Source: Octopus sinensis
Taxonomy: Eukaryota
Reading direction: 5' to 3'
Assembly (NCBI RefSeq): GCF_006345805.1
Contig: NC_042998.1
Span: 116,312,001 to 116,376,000, forward strand
Length of the DNA stretch: 64,000 bases
The translations under genes and the position numbers were made by a program. The notes beneath the pieces are model-generated. The model searched no databases. It was given only the letters and a program-made list of their open reading frames with translations, and was not told the origin of the DNA. Of this stretch, positions 24,536 to 36,830 are shown in pieces (position 1 is the stretch's first letter; every line of letters begins with the position of its first letter).

Positions 24536-26612
24536 CCTCCTTGGCTAGTTAATGGGTTAACATTCCTGCTTCCAAAGAGTGAAGAAACAAATGAACCAAA
24601 AACTATAGACCCATAACCTGCTTAACAACTATGTACAAAACGCTAACATCTGTCCTGACGGAATATACTTATAGTTTTTTAACAGACAGCGGCATATTCC
24701 CTAATGAACAGAAAGGATGTAAACGTGGATCCTACGGCTGTAAAGATCAACTACTCGTCAATAAGATGATCTTAGAAAATTGTCACAAACGACACAAAAA
24801 CTTATCAATAGCCTGGATAGACTATAAAAAGGCTTTTGATAACCTACCACCCGCGCTGTGCGGGTATAAAATGTTTGATAACATTATAAATCATCTCATT
24901 TACATGGATGATTTAAAGCTTTTTGCAAAAAATTACCAACAACTCAAGGGCTTACTAGCGATAGTCAAACAATTCAGTGACGACATCAGAATGCAATTCG
25001 GCCTCGATAAATGTGCAAAAGCTACCTTTATCAAAGGAAAAATGACAGAAACAGCTAACGTTAACCTTGATGAGCAGAATATCATAAAATAACTAGACCC
25101 AGCGGAGAGCTACATGTACCTAGGGGTAATTGAAGGGAACGTAATAAGGCATTCAGAGATGAAGGAAAGGATCAGGAGAGAATGCTATCGAAGAGTGAGA
25201 GAAATAATCAAGACAGAGCTGAATGCAAGAAACAGGATCGAAGCGATCAATGCCTTAGCCATACCAGTCGTGACTTACAGTTTCAATATCGTTAACTGGT
25301 CAATTACTGAAATATGTCAGCTCGACAGAAAAATAAGAAAACTTTTGACAATGCATAGAATGCACCACCCTAAGGCAGATACAGAACGACTTTATCTGCC
25401 AAGAAAAGAGGGAGGCCGTGGTCTTTTGCAACTGGCAATAACAATGAAGATTGCTACAATTGGCCTAGACACCTACCTGAAAAAGTCTGAGGACTGGATG
25501 TTAAAACTTGTCTCAAAACATGAAAACAAGAAAGCATCATACTCAGTAACAAAACAGGCAAAGGAATATGTAAGTGAATTCCGAATACAACCAATTTCGG
25601 AATTAGAGATAGACATACAAGAAACAATCACAGAAAAAGCTAGGCGCATGAAAACCCGTGCCAAAACTGCGGCCTTAGATATTCTGAATAATAAATGGCA
25701 AGAAAACCTCTCTATGGCAAATACCCAAAGAGAGCGAATAATGCAGATATTGACAAAGCCCTGACCCATCAATGGCTAATGGCCTCTGGCTTAAAATCTG
25801 AAACAGAAGGGTTTATCATAGCAGCTCAAGATCAACATATTAAAGAACGGCAGTAGCCCAACATGTCGTGTAGGCCGACAACAAAATAAGACCATTGATC
25901 ATGTTGTCTCCAAATGCAATCTTCTAGCGCCTACAGAGTACCTCAACAGGCATGATAGAGCTGCACAATATATTCACTGGGTAATTTGCAAAAACCTGGA
26001 TTTGCCCCATGAAAACATCTGGTGGGAACACAATCCACCTCCAGTGCTTGAAAATGACCACATCTCGCTCCTCTGGAACTTCACCATCCAAACTGACAGA
26101 AAAATAGATGCAAATAGGCCAAACATCATATTGAAAGACTTTAGACAAAGAACATGCTTCCTCATTGATATGACTGTCCCAATCGATATAAACGTATTTG
26201 TCAAGACTTACCAAAAACTGAGAAAATATAAAGATCTTGAAATAGAAATCAGCAAAATGTGGAACCTGATAACTAAAACAATACCTGTTGTCATAGGTGC
26301 CCGGGGAATGATAGCGAAAGCGGCTGATTGCTACCTAACTCAGATACCAGGAAACCCCAAAATGGCAGAAATTCAAAAGATAGTGCTCATGGGAACTGCT
26401 CATATCCTACGCAAAATACTCTCTATGTAATCCCAAGGTTTAAAACAAATGTTTTTTTAAAACTTATGTATTAGACATTCATTAGTACACCCCCCCAAAT
26501 ATATGGCACACTAGGCATAACAATAACGTGAACTTCCAACCTGTTGTCTCTTGAAGTCTCTGGGTGAGACTTGGAGCCAACTTGTACAGACATAAAGCAA
26601 AAGTCAAACATA

Positions 26613-26613
<1 letters not shown>
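24535..26613 (+). mobile_element. Dong/R4-clade non-LTR retrotransposon (RT plus restriction-like endonuclease), 5'-truncated and internally deleted
   Basis: ORFs 24631-25092 (EQKGCKRGSYGCKDQLL..AWIDYKKAFD joined directly to ..HLIYMDDLKLF..FGLDKCA), 25114-25764 (YLG..AINALAIPV..RLYLPRKEGGRGL) and 26002-26430 (LLWNFTIQTDRKIDANRPNI..IDMTVP.D..KYKDL..IPVVIGA.G..QKIVLMGTAHILRKILS). Ends in an (AAT)n tail. Confidence 0.92.
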
Positions 26614-26707
<94 letters not shown>

Positions 26708-26991
26708 GAGGTAACTAGAATGTGGAACCTGAAAACAGAAACAATTCCTATCATAGTAGGTGCATTAGGCATGATAAAATTATTCAGACAAATACATAAC
26801 AAAAACACCAGGACTTACAAACACATATAACATACAGAAAATTGCACTACTAGGCACTGCACACATCCTACGCAGAACACTTTCCATACAATAACCATCA
26901 GAGCATCACAACAAATCACAGCACATACCCAAGGCACACAGAGCTGCGCTCGGTAGTGAAGTGAAAGCACGCTATAAAAATAAAACTACTG
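26708..26991 (+). mobile_element. Second Dong/R4-type 3' end (different subfamily)
   Basis: EVTRMWNLKTETIPIIVGALGMIK..QKIALLGTAHILRRTLSIQ*, then a 3' UTR unrelated to the first element's and an (AAT)n tail at 26992-27012. Confidence 0.85.
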
Positions 26992-27012
26992 AATAATAAT
27001 AATAATAATAAT

Positions 27013-27200
27013 TAGATACTGTGGGATTTTACAATTCACTGTGACTCCCTAATCGTTGCTCAACAAACCAAATATGTTTGTGGAAGATAAAGGAAAAAAT
27101 GAAACCAAAATTATAGATATTGCAATACTTGGAGATAAGTGAAAAAGAATTAGAAAAGACTGAGAAGTACAGACTGCTAAAATGAAATTTCAAAAATGTG
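27013..27200 (+). mobile_element. Third, more decayed Dong/R4-type endonuclease fragment
   Basis: ILWDFTIHCD..I.A and IIDIAILGD..EKELEKTEKYRLL recoverable across frameshifts. Confidence 0.6.
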
Positions 27201-27248
27201 AACAATTTTAGTGCTCAGGCATTTTGGCCGCATTCTTTGATGTGGTAA

Positions 27249-27452
27249 AGGCCGCGAGATGGCAGTAACGTTAGCACGCTTAGCGAAATGCTTAGCGTTA
27301 TTTCGTCCGTCTATATGTTCTCAGTTCAAATTCCGCCGACTTTGCTTTTATCCTTTTGTGGTCGATAAACTAATTACCAGTTGCGTACTAGGGCCGATCT
27401 AATCGACTGGCCCCTCCCCAAAATTTCGGGCCTTGTGCTTAGAGTAGAAAAG
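27249..27452 (+). mobile_element. tRNA-derived SINE (family A)
   Basis: ggccgcgagatggcagtaacgttagc..cagttcaaattccgcc..gtcgataaa..ggccttgtg. Confidence 0.8.
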
Positions 27453-27926
27453 ATTTTTTGATCTGATAGTTATGATCGAAGAAAGTCTGTTAGTTATGTC
27501 TGTTCGTTACTTTTTGACAGAAAATGACTGAAGGCGTGACCTGGCTTTCTGATTCTGAAAATACGAGTTAATCTCTTAATGTCTTTTCGTAAACATTTCT
27601 AAATATTTTCTCCACTGTATAGAATACATGCATAAGCTTAGTTTCTATTGTTTTCTTTTTGTATTTTCATTTCTGCTACATCTTCACTCTTCGTTTCACT
27701 CTCTTTCCTTTCATCTAGCTCACTTTTTCATTTCCTCTAACTCTGCTGTCTCGTCAAGTAATTCAGTTACTATTCGATTGGCTGGCGTAAGGCCTAGCGG
27801 TCTGTAAATCTTGCATACTTTGTGTTCACATCTCTGTGTACGGTTGAAGCCAACATCGATCCTCAATAATTCTTGCTAGGTCACATGATCGTTCGACAAA
27901 GCATTTTCCTGGAGGTTTTCTGTATA

Positions 27927-28102
27927 TAGGCGCAGGCGTGACTGTGAAGTAAGAAGCTTCATTACAAACCCATGTTTCCGTGTTTAGTTTCACTGTGTGA
28001 CACTTTAGGTATCTTCTACTACAGCCCCAGGCCGAATGGATTTGGTAGGCGGAAACAGAAATAAGTCCGTCATATATATATATATATATATACATACATA
28101 CA

Positions 28103-28133
<31 letters not shown>

Positions 28134-28386
28134 GTGTGTGAATCTATATAGATATCTATCTATATATTTATCTGTCTATCTGTGTTTTTCCCCACCACCG
28201 CTTGACAAACGGCGTTGGGTTGCTTATGTCTGCGTTATATTAGCGGTTCGGCAAAAAGAACTTATACAAGTCCTGCGATTCTCAAAAGGAAAATAAATAC
28301 TCTGGTCGATTTATTCGATTAAACCCTTCAGGGAAGTGCCCTAGCATGGTCACAGTCCAATGAATGAAACAAGTAATAGACAAAGG
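27927..28386 (+). mobile_element. tRNA-derived SINE (family B, with internal microsatellite)
   Basis: Head ggcgcaggcgtgactgtg.., then ggatttggtaggcggaaac, a (TA)/(CATA)n insert, cgcttgacaa..ttagcggttcggcaaaa..gcatggtcacagtc..tgaaacaagt. The same family recurs at 9515-9650, 39925-40050, 41700-41890, 50265-50400, 50780-51160 and 58015-58380. Confidence 0.75.
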
Positions 28387-29688
28387 ATAGATATTAAACG
28401 TATTTTACACACTGACTATTACGAATAGTAACAGTTATTTCTTTACTTCTCATTTTCCTTCCGAACAGTTTGTTGACCAGCATCATATTCGTGCGTGTGT
28501 TTCCATGTGTGTTTGAGTGTCTGATTGTTTTTGTGTTTGCGTGTGTGTGATAGAGGTCTTTTGTGTGAGTATGTGTGTGAAATGCATAAGTCATCTTGCT
28601 ATGTGAATAATATCTCTTCTACAATGTCATTGAATCTGTTAGAGATAGCGGTTCAATCCTATTCAAATCATACATTCCAGTATTAGTAAAGAGAAGATTA
28701 CATGTGACGGATAACAATAAAAAGTTCATGGCCATTGCTGCAGGAATTTCATTGATCAGTTTTGACATGACACTAAACAATAACACGCAGGAATACAGTA
28801 CATGAAGGTATATAACGTGCAGAATAAGTTACTACTGATATGAATAATGTATGAATTCCTTTTCAAAAATGTTATTTATTAATAATAATTAATGACTATG
28901 TGACATATGTTATTTATCCGATCTGTCTGAAACAGAAATTTCTGTGTATCTATCCTGGAAACAATATTGTTACATTATTATTGGAAAGCATTAAAAGAAT
29001 TAAAGCGACATTAGACGGAATTGATACTGTTGCTATTTACTGCCATTTCAGTTCTGATCGACTAGACATCAGATCAATGTTATTCCAGTCGTATCTGCTT
29101 TCTATATTGCACCCTGATTATATTCTGTAATGTGGTCATGGTTTCTGCTTGTTTGAGATGGATGCAAATGATTCTTCTATAAGGAAGACATAGATTCCTC
29201 AATTGTATATAAAAGTAAAATATGAAGAACGAGTGAAAGAAAATGTATGACATGTGTCCATTGTTTATGTTATGGCATACTGCCATGTGGCATTCTAATG
29301 CTGCAAATACCAGTAGATTAAAATGTATCTTAATAGGGCAATGGAAAATACATAAATGCGTTGAATTATAGTGTTTATATTATAGTTTCTTGCTGCTTCT
29401 CTTACTGCTGGGTTTTTACTGAAATATTGGATAGGAAAGAATGAAATTTCCTTCGGAAGTAGTTGCGTTAGGCTAAGTGAATTACATACACAAACGCACT
29501 CGCTCAAACACGAACGCACGTATATCACATGTATTATTCTGTGAAGTAAAATAAAACAAAATTCACATAATAATGAAAGATTGAAAGCAAACTCGGGAAG
29601 ACTCTGCTTCCCATCCGGCGTCATCATCAGCCTGAGGAGGGTTGAAACCTCTAACACAAAGCGCCTGCTATTATTATATGTATGTATG

Positions 29689-29721
<33 letters not shown>

Positions 29722-29758
29722 TATATATATATTATATATATAATATATATATATATAT

Positions 29759-29829
<71 letters not shown>

Positions 29830-29974
29830 AATATATATATATATTATATATATATATATATATATTATATATATCTATATATATATATATGCATATATAC
29901 CATCCACAACAAGTCACTTTCAGGGCACTTGACTATTTAAAATCCTACTACTATCATAGCACTCCTGTATTATT

Positions 29975-30053
29975 TTCTTCTTCTTCTTCTTCTTCTTCTT
30001 CTTCTTCTTCTTCTTCTTCTTCTTCTTCTTCTTCTTCTTCTTCTTCTTCTTCT
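29975..30053. repeat. (CTT)n microsatellite
   Basis: Direct inspection. Confidence 0.95.
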
Positions 30054-30197
30054 ATGTAAATATTCTTTTAAAATACCTTTTATTTAATTTTTCCGAAATT
30101 TGTTTTCCATACTCAAATTTGAAAAAGGCTCTATGACTGAAAGGTACTGTAATGTTTTTTTATATAATTATTTTAGCACTCTCTAGCTAGACTTTTC

Positions 30198-30240
<43 letters not shown>

Positions 30241-30293
30241 ATATAATATATGTATATACATATATACTCACGCACATACACACACACACGCAT

Positions 30294-30324
<31 letters not shown>

Positions 30325-32028
30325 TATATATATGTGTGTATCCACTTTTGCGTAAGTAACCATATAAAAGATATTAAATATCCAATATACTACTCGTTTT
30401 ATATCTACGTATTTATAAACATGAGCTTACTATTGAAGGACAATATCGCAAGTAAATACTAGGTATGAGTGCGGCTAAATTATAAATTTACCCAGAATGT
30501 ATAAGCCAAATAAGAAAATGGAGAGGATAAATAATCGACAAACATCGACCTGTAAACTTTCAATTATATCTATTTCTTAATTGATTACAATCATAACTGT
30601 TAGTGATCCAAGTAAACGAATGAAATAAGCCAATAAATATATAAATAAAATAAACGAATAAGATTAGATGAGTGTAGAAATACTAAATCTGTACAGATGT
30701 TTCTACTACGGGGCTACCAAATCTTCCAAGTTATCCTTAACACGCCAGTGATATACAGGGATGAACAAACATTGGACTGGGGTTGGACAATGGTTGAGCC
30801 CCAAGGCTTCATCAGAGAGACCGAACGTTGGGAAACTAACATGTGGAAAAGTAAGTTAAAATAATAGAATAAAATAAAATGAAATAAATATAATAGAAAT
30901 AGTAAAAGGATGATAAGAACTTCATTTTAAGGTGCTTTTATAATCCATGGTATCAAATCTTATAGTAAATAAAATCACTATCAGGAGAAATTTCCGTAGG
31001 CTGTGGGTTACACTCTGTTTCAATAAAGATGGTCTCGAAAATTTAATGAACTTTTAATACATTTAAGAAACCGTGTTTCAATTTGAAGATTACTTCATAA
31101 GAAATATCCAGTACTCATAATCCATCTTTCAAATACAATTATGCTTCTGGTGGGAATAGCAATACAAGATATTCGATGTCATTTTCTGTTATATTTATAA
31201 ACCCATTGGTTTTCAGAAAAATATGGTTTTGAGAAATAGAAGCATACAACAGATTTCATAGCCATTGTAGTTATCTTTCAGATGCAGATCTGACCTACAT
31301 TCCCACATGAGAGTGACATCTCCGGAATGGACACGAGTAATACCTACGATACAGATTGCAAAATTTTTATTCCAACATTCACATACATACACACATATAC
31401 GTAATCACAAACTGGGTTTAAGAACTTCTATATTTACATGCACATATATACTCAGAGAAACGCATACATTGAACTCGTTGTTTGGGATGATCATGCTGAT
31501 ATTTAATTTCCATTTTATGCTTAGAATTCAAGGTGTATATTTATTTACGTTTACATGCAGTTTCATTGAAATCCAAACGATTTCTTGCTCCCACATAGTA
31601 CTTCGAAAAATTATTTATATATAAAACATACAGATTTGGAAATATCATATTGCATTCATTCGCGATTTTGCAAGAACGTTATTATTTATTTGGAAATAAA
31701 TTCTATTATAACGGGATATGGAATCTTCAGAGATATTGAAAATATTGCGTAAAAAATACGTAGATATATGACAAGGCATATTAATTTTAAGGCAAAGAGG
31801 GAAAAATATGGTAGAAAAACTGTTTAGTTATTGTGAAGTATCGGGAAATAATCGGGAAATAACATTCTAGCAGAAGCCATAATTTTGGAAACAAACTTAG
31901 ATCAATTTTGGAACATAAGGTGAGTTCAAAATAAGCATAGTAATAGTAATGTGATACTGATAGCAGCAAAAATAATGATTTACCAGGCAGTGGCTCTCAA
32001 GAGAGTTGCACTGGGTGGCACGCAGTAG

Positions 32029-32087
32029 AACTGAACCCAGAACCATGTTATTAGGAAGCAAGCTTCTTACCACACAGTTACGCAAGC

Positions 32088-32121
<34 letters not shown>

Positions 32122-32180
32122 GCTTGCGTAACTGTGTGGTAAGATGCTTGCTTCCTAATAACATGGTTCTGGGTTCAGTT
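32029..32180. repeat. 152-bp palindrome: 62-bp SINE-head arms around (TA)14
   Basis: 32029-32090 is the reverse complement of 32119-32180 with one mismatch; the centre 32091-32118 is pure (TA)n. Confidence 0.95.
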
Positions 32181-33049
32181 ATATATATGTGTATATATAT
32201 ATACACATATATATATAAAGTTGCGCACACAAATGATATATATATATATGTGTGTGTGTGTGCGGTTGTGTATGTGTGTCTATGTGCGAGTTTTTGAATA
32301 TATATATATATATATATATATATGTTCATATAAAATATATACCTACGTATTATGTGTAATGTATGGCTGCATTTATGTGTTATAGATATGTATATATGCA
32401 TGTATGAGTATATGTAAACATGTATATGCATATTTATGCGTGTACGTTTATCTATATATATGTGTTCATTGCTTTGTGGGCTTAATGTATGTATATCCTT
32501 AAATTATGACTCATACTTGGCTACGTAGCATTATCAACATCGAATGTTCGTTAACAATAAATTTAGAACATGGCATACAATAAAAAATAAAACAAATTCA
32601 TAAAATCAATTCACGGAAAATGAAAACTATCTTTACAGAAACAAAAATAAAGAACTGCACTAAAAGAAAAAAATTAGATGCGATTTATTTTGCTGAGAAT
32701 CAGAAGCACAAAACATCAAACCACAAATATGGAAACACCATTAATTTATAGTAATTGCTTTGATGCGAATTTGAAACAAAATCTACATAAAAATTGTTAA
32801 GAGTATTTATTTAGCATCAACGTTAATGCAACTGGCAATTATTATGATGATTTTGTGGAGTTAGATTGGTCCTTGGAATGATGTCATGCAGATGATTTTG
32901 ATTTTAATACATTAATCAATGACAGGTCAAAGTTCAAATGTATATACACATATCTGTATATACCCATGTATATACACGTGAACGTATGAGTTTATATTTA
33001 TGTGTGCGTATATAATATACATATGTGTGTGTGAGTGTTAGTGTGTGTA

Positions 33050-33080
<31 letters not shown>

Positions 33081-35815
33081 TATATATATATATATATAGT
33101 TAAATTTACACACATGTATATATAGACTGTTAGACGACAAGATAGTCATACAAGCTGTCAGATTGATATACAAGCAGACTCTCAGGGCAAGTGAAGGCGA
33201 TGTAAATGGAGTGAGATTCGAAATGAAAATGGGAGAAATTGTTTAGGATGAACATGAATAATGTAAATGAAGCCAGAAATCCTGTCCAATTTCTGCGTAT
33301 TTCAGATCCGAATCGGCGACAATGCTTTGCATTTGGGAACGACTTCCGTTTTTAAAATATGAAGCTAATATATTTTACAGCTTTGATATTCCTTCGCTGG
33401 CACCAAACAATGAACACATTTGGGAATGCATTCCTGTTTCGGTAATTGCATATTAATGAAACTTGTGTAATAAAATATGCCAGGTTGAATTTCAATGGCA
33501 GGCAACCGACGGGCCTTTCCTTTTCCTCACAGAACTTATCATTCAACCGTTTTAAAACCTTTTTTTGAATTTATCACTCAATTTACACTTTTTTAACTAT
33601 TGTTCAATCCATATCTGAGGTTTAAGAATATCTTCCCAATTTACTTACTCTTATCTCAGCTCACTTTTACTTTACATTTATATGTGAATCGTATTAATAA
33701 TTCACATTGCTTTATTTTAGCAAAGAAATGATTATACGTCCGAGCGTATGCATGGAACGAACTAAAACTGTTATTTATATTAAAAAAATGTTAATGGTCT
33801 CTGCTGTGTCTCTAGGCGTAAGTTGGTTCAGTGATGGTTGAATTGAGAATAAACTTTAATACCCTAAATTGAGATACTGAATGCGTGAATTCCTTTGAAA
33901 AGGCACTTCGTCCACCGTTCCGTTTGTTCCGATTTGGAGAATCAACTCTGTTGTAAGTATATGGGTTGAATCTCCGTTTTGTGTATAACTACTTCCCTTA
34001 CTCTATATTTTTATAGTTAGTCTAAAATGTATTGTGTATCTTGGCGTGTCTCATCTGACGAAGCCATTGAATATTCAGAAAGTAAATAAGATGACATTGA
34101 AAGTCTTCTCACTCACTTCTCACATTAGTTGTGCATGTTTTAGATAAATAAATTGTAGGTAGGAGCTGTCCAAGATATCTTGAGTCATTTACGTATGTTA
34201 TATCAAGCGAAGTTCCTGAGTCAAGAAGTTACCTTGAACACTTTTGTAACATGCAATTTTTGATAGGAAGGGAGAATCATTACTGTGTCGGACAAATTCT
34301 TTATGAGTTACTTCTACATCTTTCAAATTTGAAATCAAATCTCTATGGTGTTAATCAGCTTCATTTTCCCTCCATATAGATATATAAAAAAGTTAGTTAT
34401 TCATGCACTTAAGTCGAATCACCTTTTTTCTCGCTCCCTGTTAACTTTTAACGAATAAAGGATACGATTCACAGAATCCATTTCCTTCCAATCCCGTACT
34501 CTTTGTTACCTTTGAAAAAATTGCCGCCGAGCTTCATTCAGGTTATGGTAAGAGTTTACACAAAGACTTATTTTCGCGTTTCAATTCATTCGCGTTGAAA
34601 CGTTCTCAAAGTGTGATTTCACAGTTATCTATAAAGACGTGTTAGGATATGACAGTAAAAGTAAGGAGTGTGTGATGTCACCTGTAGATAACGTTCCAGC
34701 ATTTTTGTTTACTAACAACATTGTGAATATACATGTAAAAGAATAGTTAATGCCTAAAAACATTGTCCACACGTTCAACCTAGATCTAACCTAAGCAAGT
34801 AAAATATGTTACACCTACAGCAAGCAGTATCGCTTTAAACTCCATAGTAGTTGTTTTGATTTTAATCTTCATTTGAAGATTTTAATCTTTATTTGATGAC
34901 TGAATTGAAAGAAACCAGAACTTCCCATCAAAGTGTAGATTATCTTCCATATCTCTTAAAGTTTTAGAATAATAAACAAAAGATAGGAATATCTATATAT
35001 TTGATATACATAAATACGATAAGTAATATATAGATACATAAACAAGTTAAGATTAACTCCACAACAGTACAAGTATGCAAACTAAACCATTCTTCTTGGT
35101 TATGTTGTTAATTTCACTCAATATATTGTAGCATGGGTTGATATTGTTTTCAGTGATATAGTCAGTAATATGTAGTTAAGTACTACAATTTAAGCTAGTG
35201 ATAAGTAATTAAATTAAAATTTTTTACTGGAAAGATGAAAGACAAAGTGGGAGAAGGCGGCATTTTCAAACAGAACATAACAGGAAGTGCTGAGAAAAAA
35301 AAAATTATTTATGTGTTTGGACGTCTTTTGAAATTATTCGACTAGTACCAAGCAATTATACACATACACGCTCACACGCGTAAATATGTGTGTATATATG
35401 ATTTAATTGTAAATAATATGAACATTCTGTCTCTATGTACATCCATGTTTGTATAAATGCCGATATAAACGCTTCTATCACTGCATGAGTTTAAATATAT
35501 TTCATCTTATAATAATCGATGTGTATCAGAAATTACAAAGTGTTAAGTTTCAAGTTGTTTACATTGATCCGTCTCAACACATTGATATATGATTTACTTT
35601 GCTGTTTACAAAGTAAGTAATCCGCTGCAAAATAATTTTTTCTTCTTTTTTTTTATTTTGGGAGAATTGAATTAAATAGTTATTTAAAAAGAAAATATAT
35701 CCTGCATTATATTGGATTTGTTATGTATATATGTATTTATGTAAGTATGTTTGCGTGTCTGTGTACGTACGTATATATGTATGTGAGTGTATATACATAT
35801 ATATATATATAATAT

Positions 35816-35870
<55 letters not shown>

Positions 35871-35934
35871 GTATATATATATATGTGTGTATGTGTATGT
35901 ATTTACGTATGTATGAGAATATATATACATATAT

Positions 35935-35970
<36 letters not shown>

Positions 35971-35972
<2 letters not shown>

Positions 35973-36003
35973 TAGCTGAAGGTGGCCCGCTCTACGCGCG
36001 GGT
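35971..36003 (+). mobile_element. Possible Helitron-like (Lep1-type) terminus
   Basis: ACTAGC start followed by the hairpin cccgc-tctacgc-gcggg next to (TA)n. Short; the assignment is from recall. Confidence 0.3.
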
Positions 36004-36059
36004 AAGAGTGTGGTAGTTACTTTCTGTTGCTTCCTTTCAGCACGAACAAAGCACCCGAA

Positions 36060-36290
36060 CGTGGCGGATTGCAGCGCCGCCTTGACTGGCTTCTGTGCTG
36101 GTGGCACGTAAAAAGCACCCACTACGCTCACAGAGTGGTTGGCGTTAGGAAGGGCATCCACCTGTAGAAACACTGCCAGATCAGACTGGAGCCTGGTGCA
36201 GCCTCGTGGCTTCCCAGACTCCGGTCAAACTGTCCAACCCATGCTAGCACGGAAAACGGACGTTAAACGATGATGATGATGATGATGATG
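36060..36290. mobile_element. Short retroposon (family C) ending in (GAT)n
   Basis: Same family as 9150-9337, with a longer (GAT)n tail at about 36268-36291. Confidence 0.7.
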
Positions 36291-36786
36291 ATTCTCCCTC
36301 CTTTCTCTCTCACTTTCCCACTCTGTTACTCTTCCTTTCTCTTGGACTCTCCCTCGCTTTCTCTTACTCTCTATCTTTATCTATCTCTCTCCCATTTATA
36401 AACAACAAAAGATCTTGAGTAAGTTGAGAAATAAAATATTTAGAAAGATCAATCATAAATATCAGGCAGTAACAACGGAAAGGTCTGCTTCATGGCAGAC
36501 AGCAAAACACTAACATTTAAAAGGGACAGACGAACTTGCGAGCTGAATAAAAATAATAAAATATTGGAAACCAAAGTTTGAAGGGATAGAATTTGAGGAT
36601 AGTAGAGTCATCATGGCTGGCATTTCTTAACGACGGGTCTACTGGGGCCACATTTTATAAGATGAGGAATTTTGTCCTAGAGGTCACGCCTTTCATTTGA
36701 GGAAAAAAATAGTTGTCATGCAAACTTGCCAGCACTTTTAACATAGGTGTGCATATTTTCAGCTCAACCGACCACATAATGCACAC

Positions 36787-36830
<44 letters not shown>

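Noticed and set aside
29620-29655. CUGAGGA-GGGUU-GAAAC on + and CUGAUGA on -
   Set aside because: Stem II is too short and there is no stem I or III pairing or NUH site.
34025-34085. CUGACGA...GAAA hammerhead-like spacing
   Set aside because: No valid stem III or cleavage triplet.
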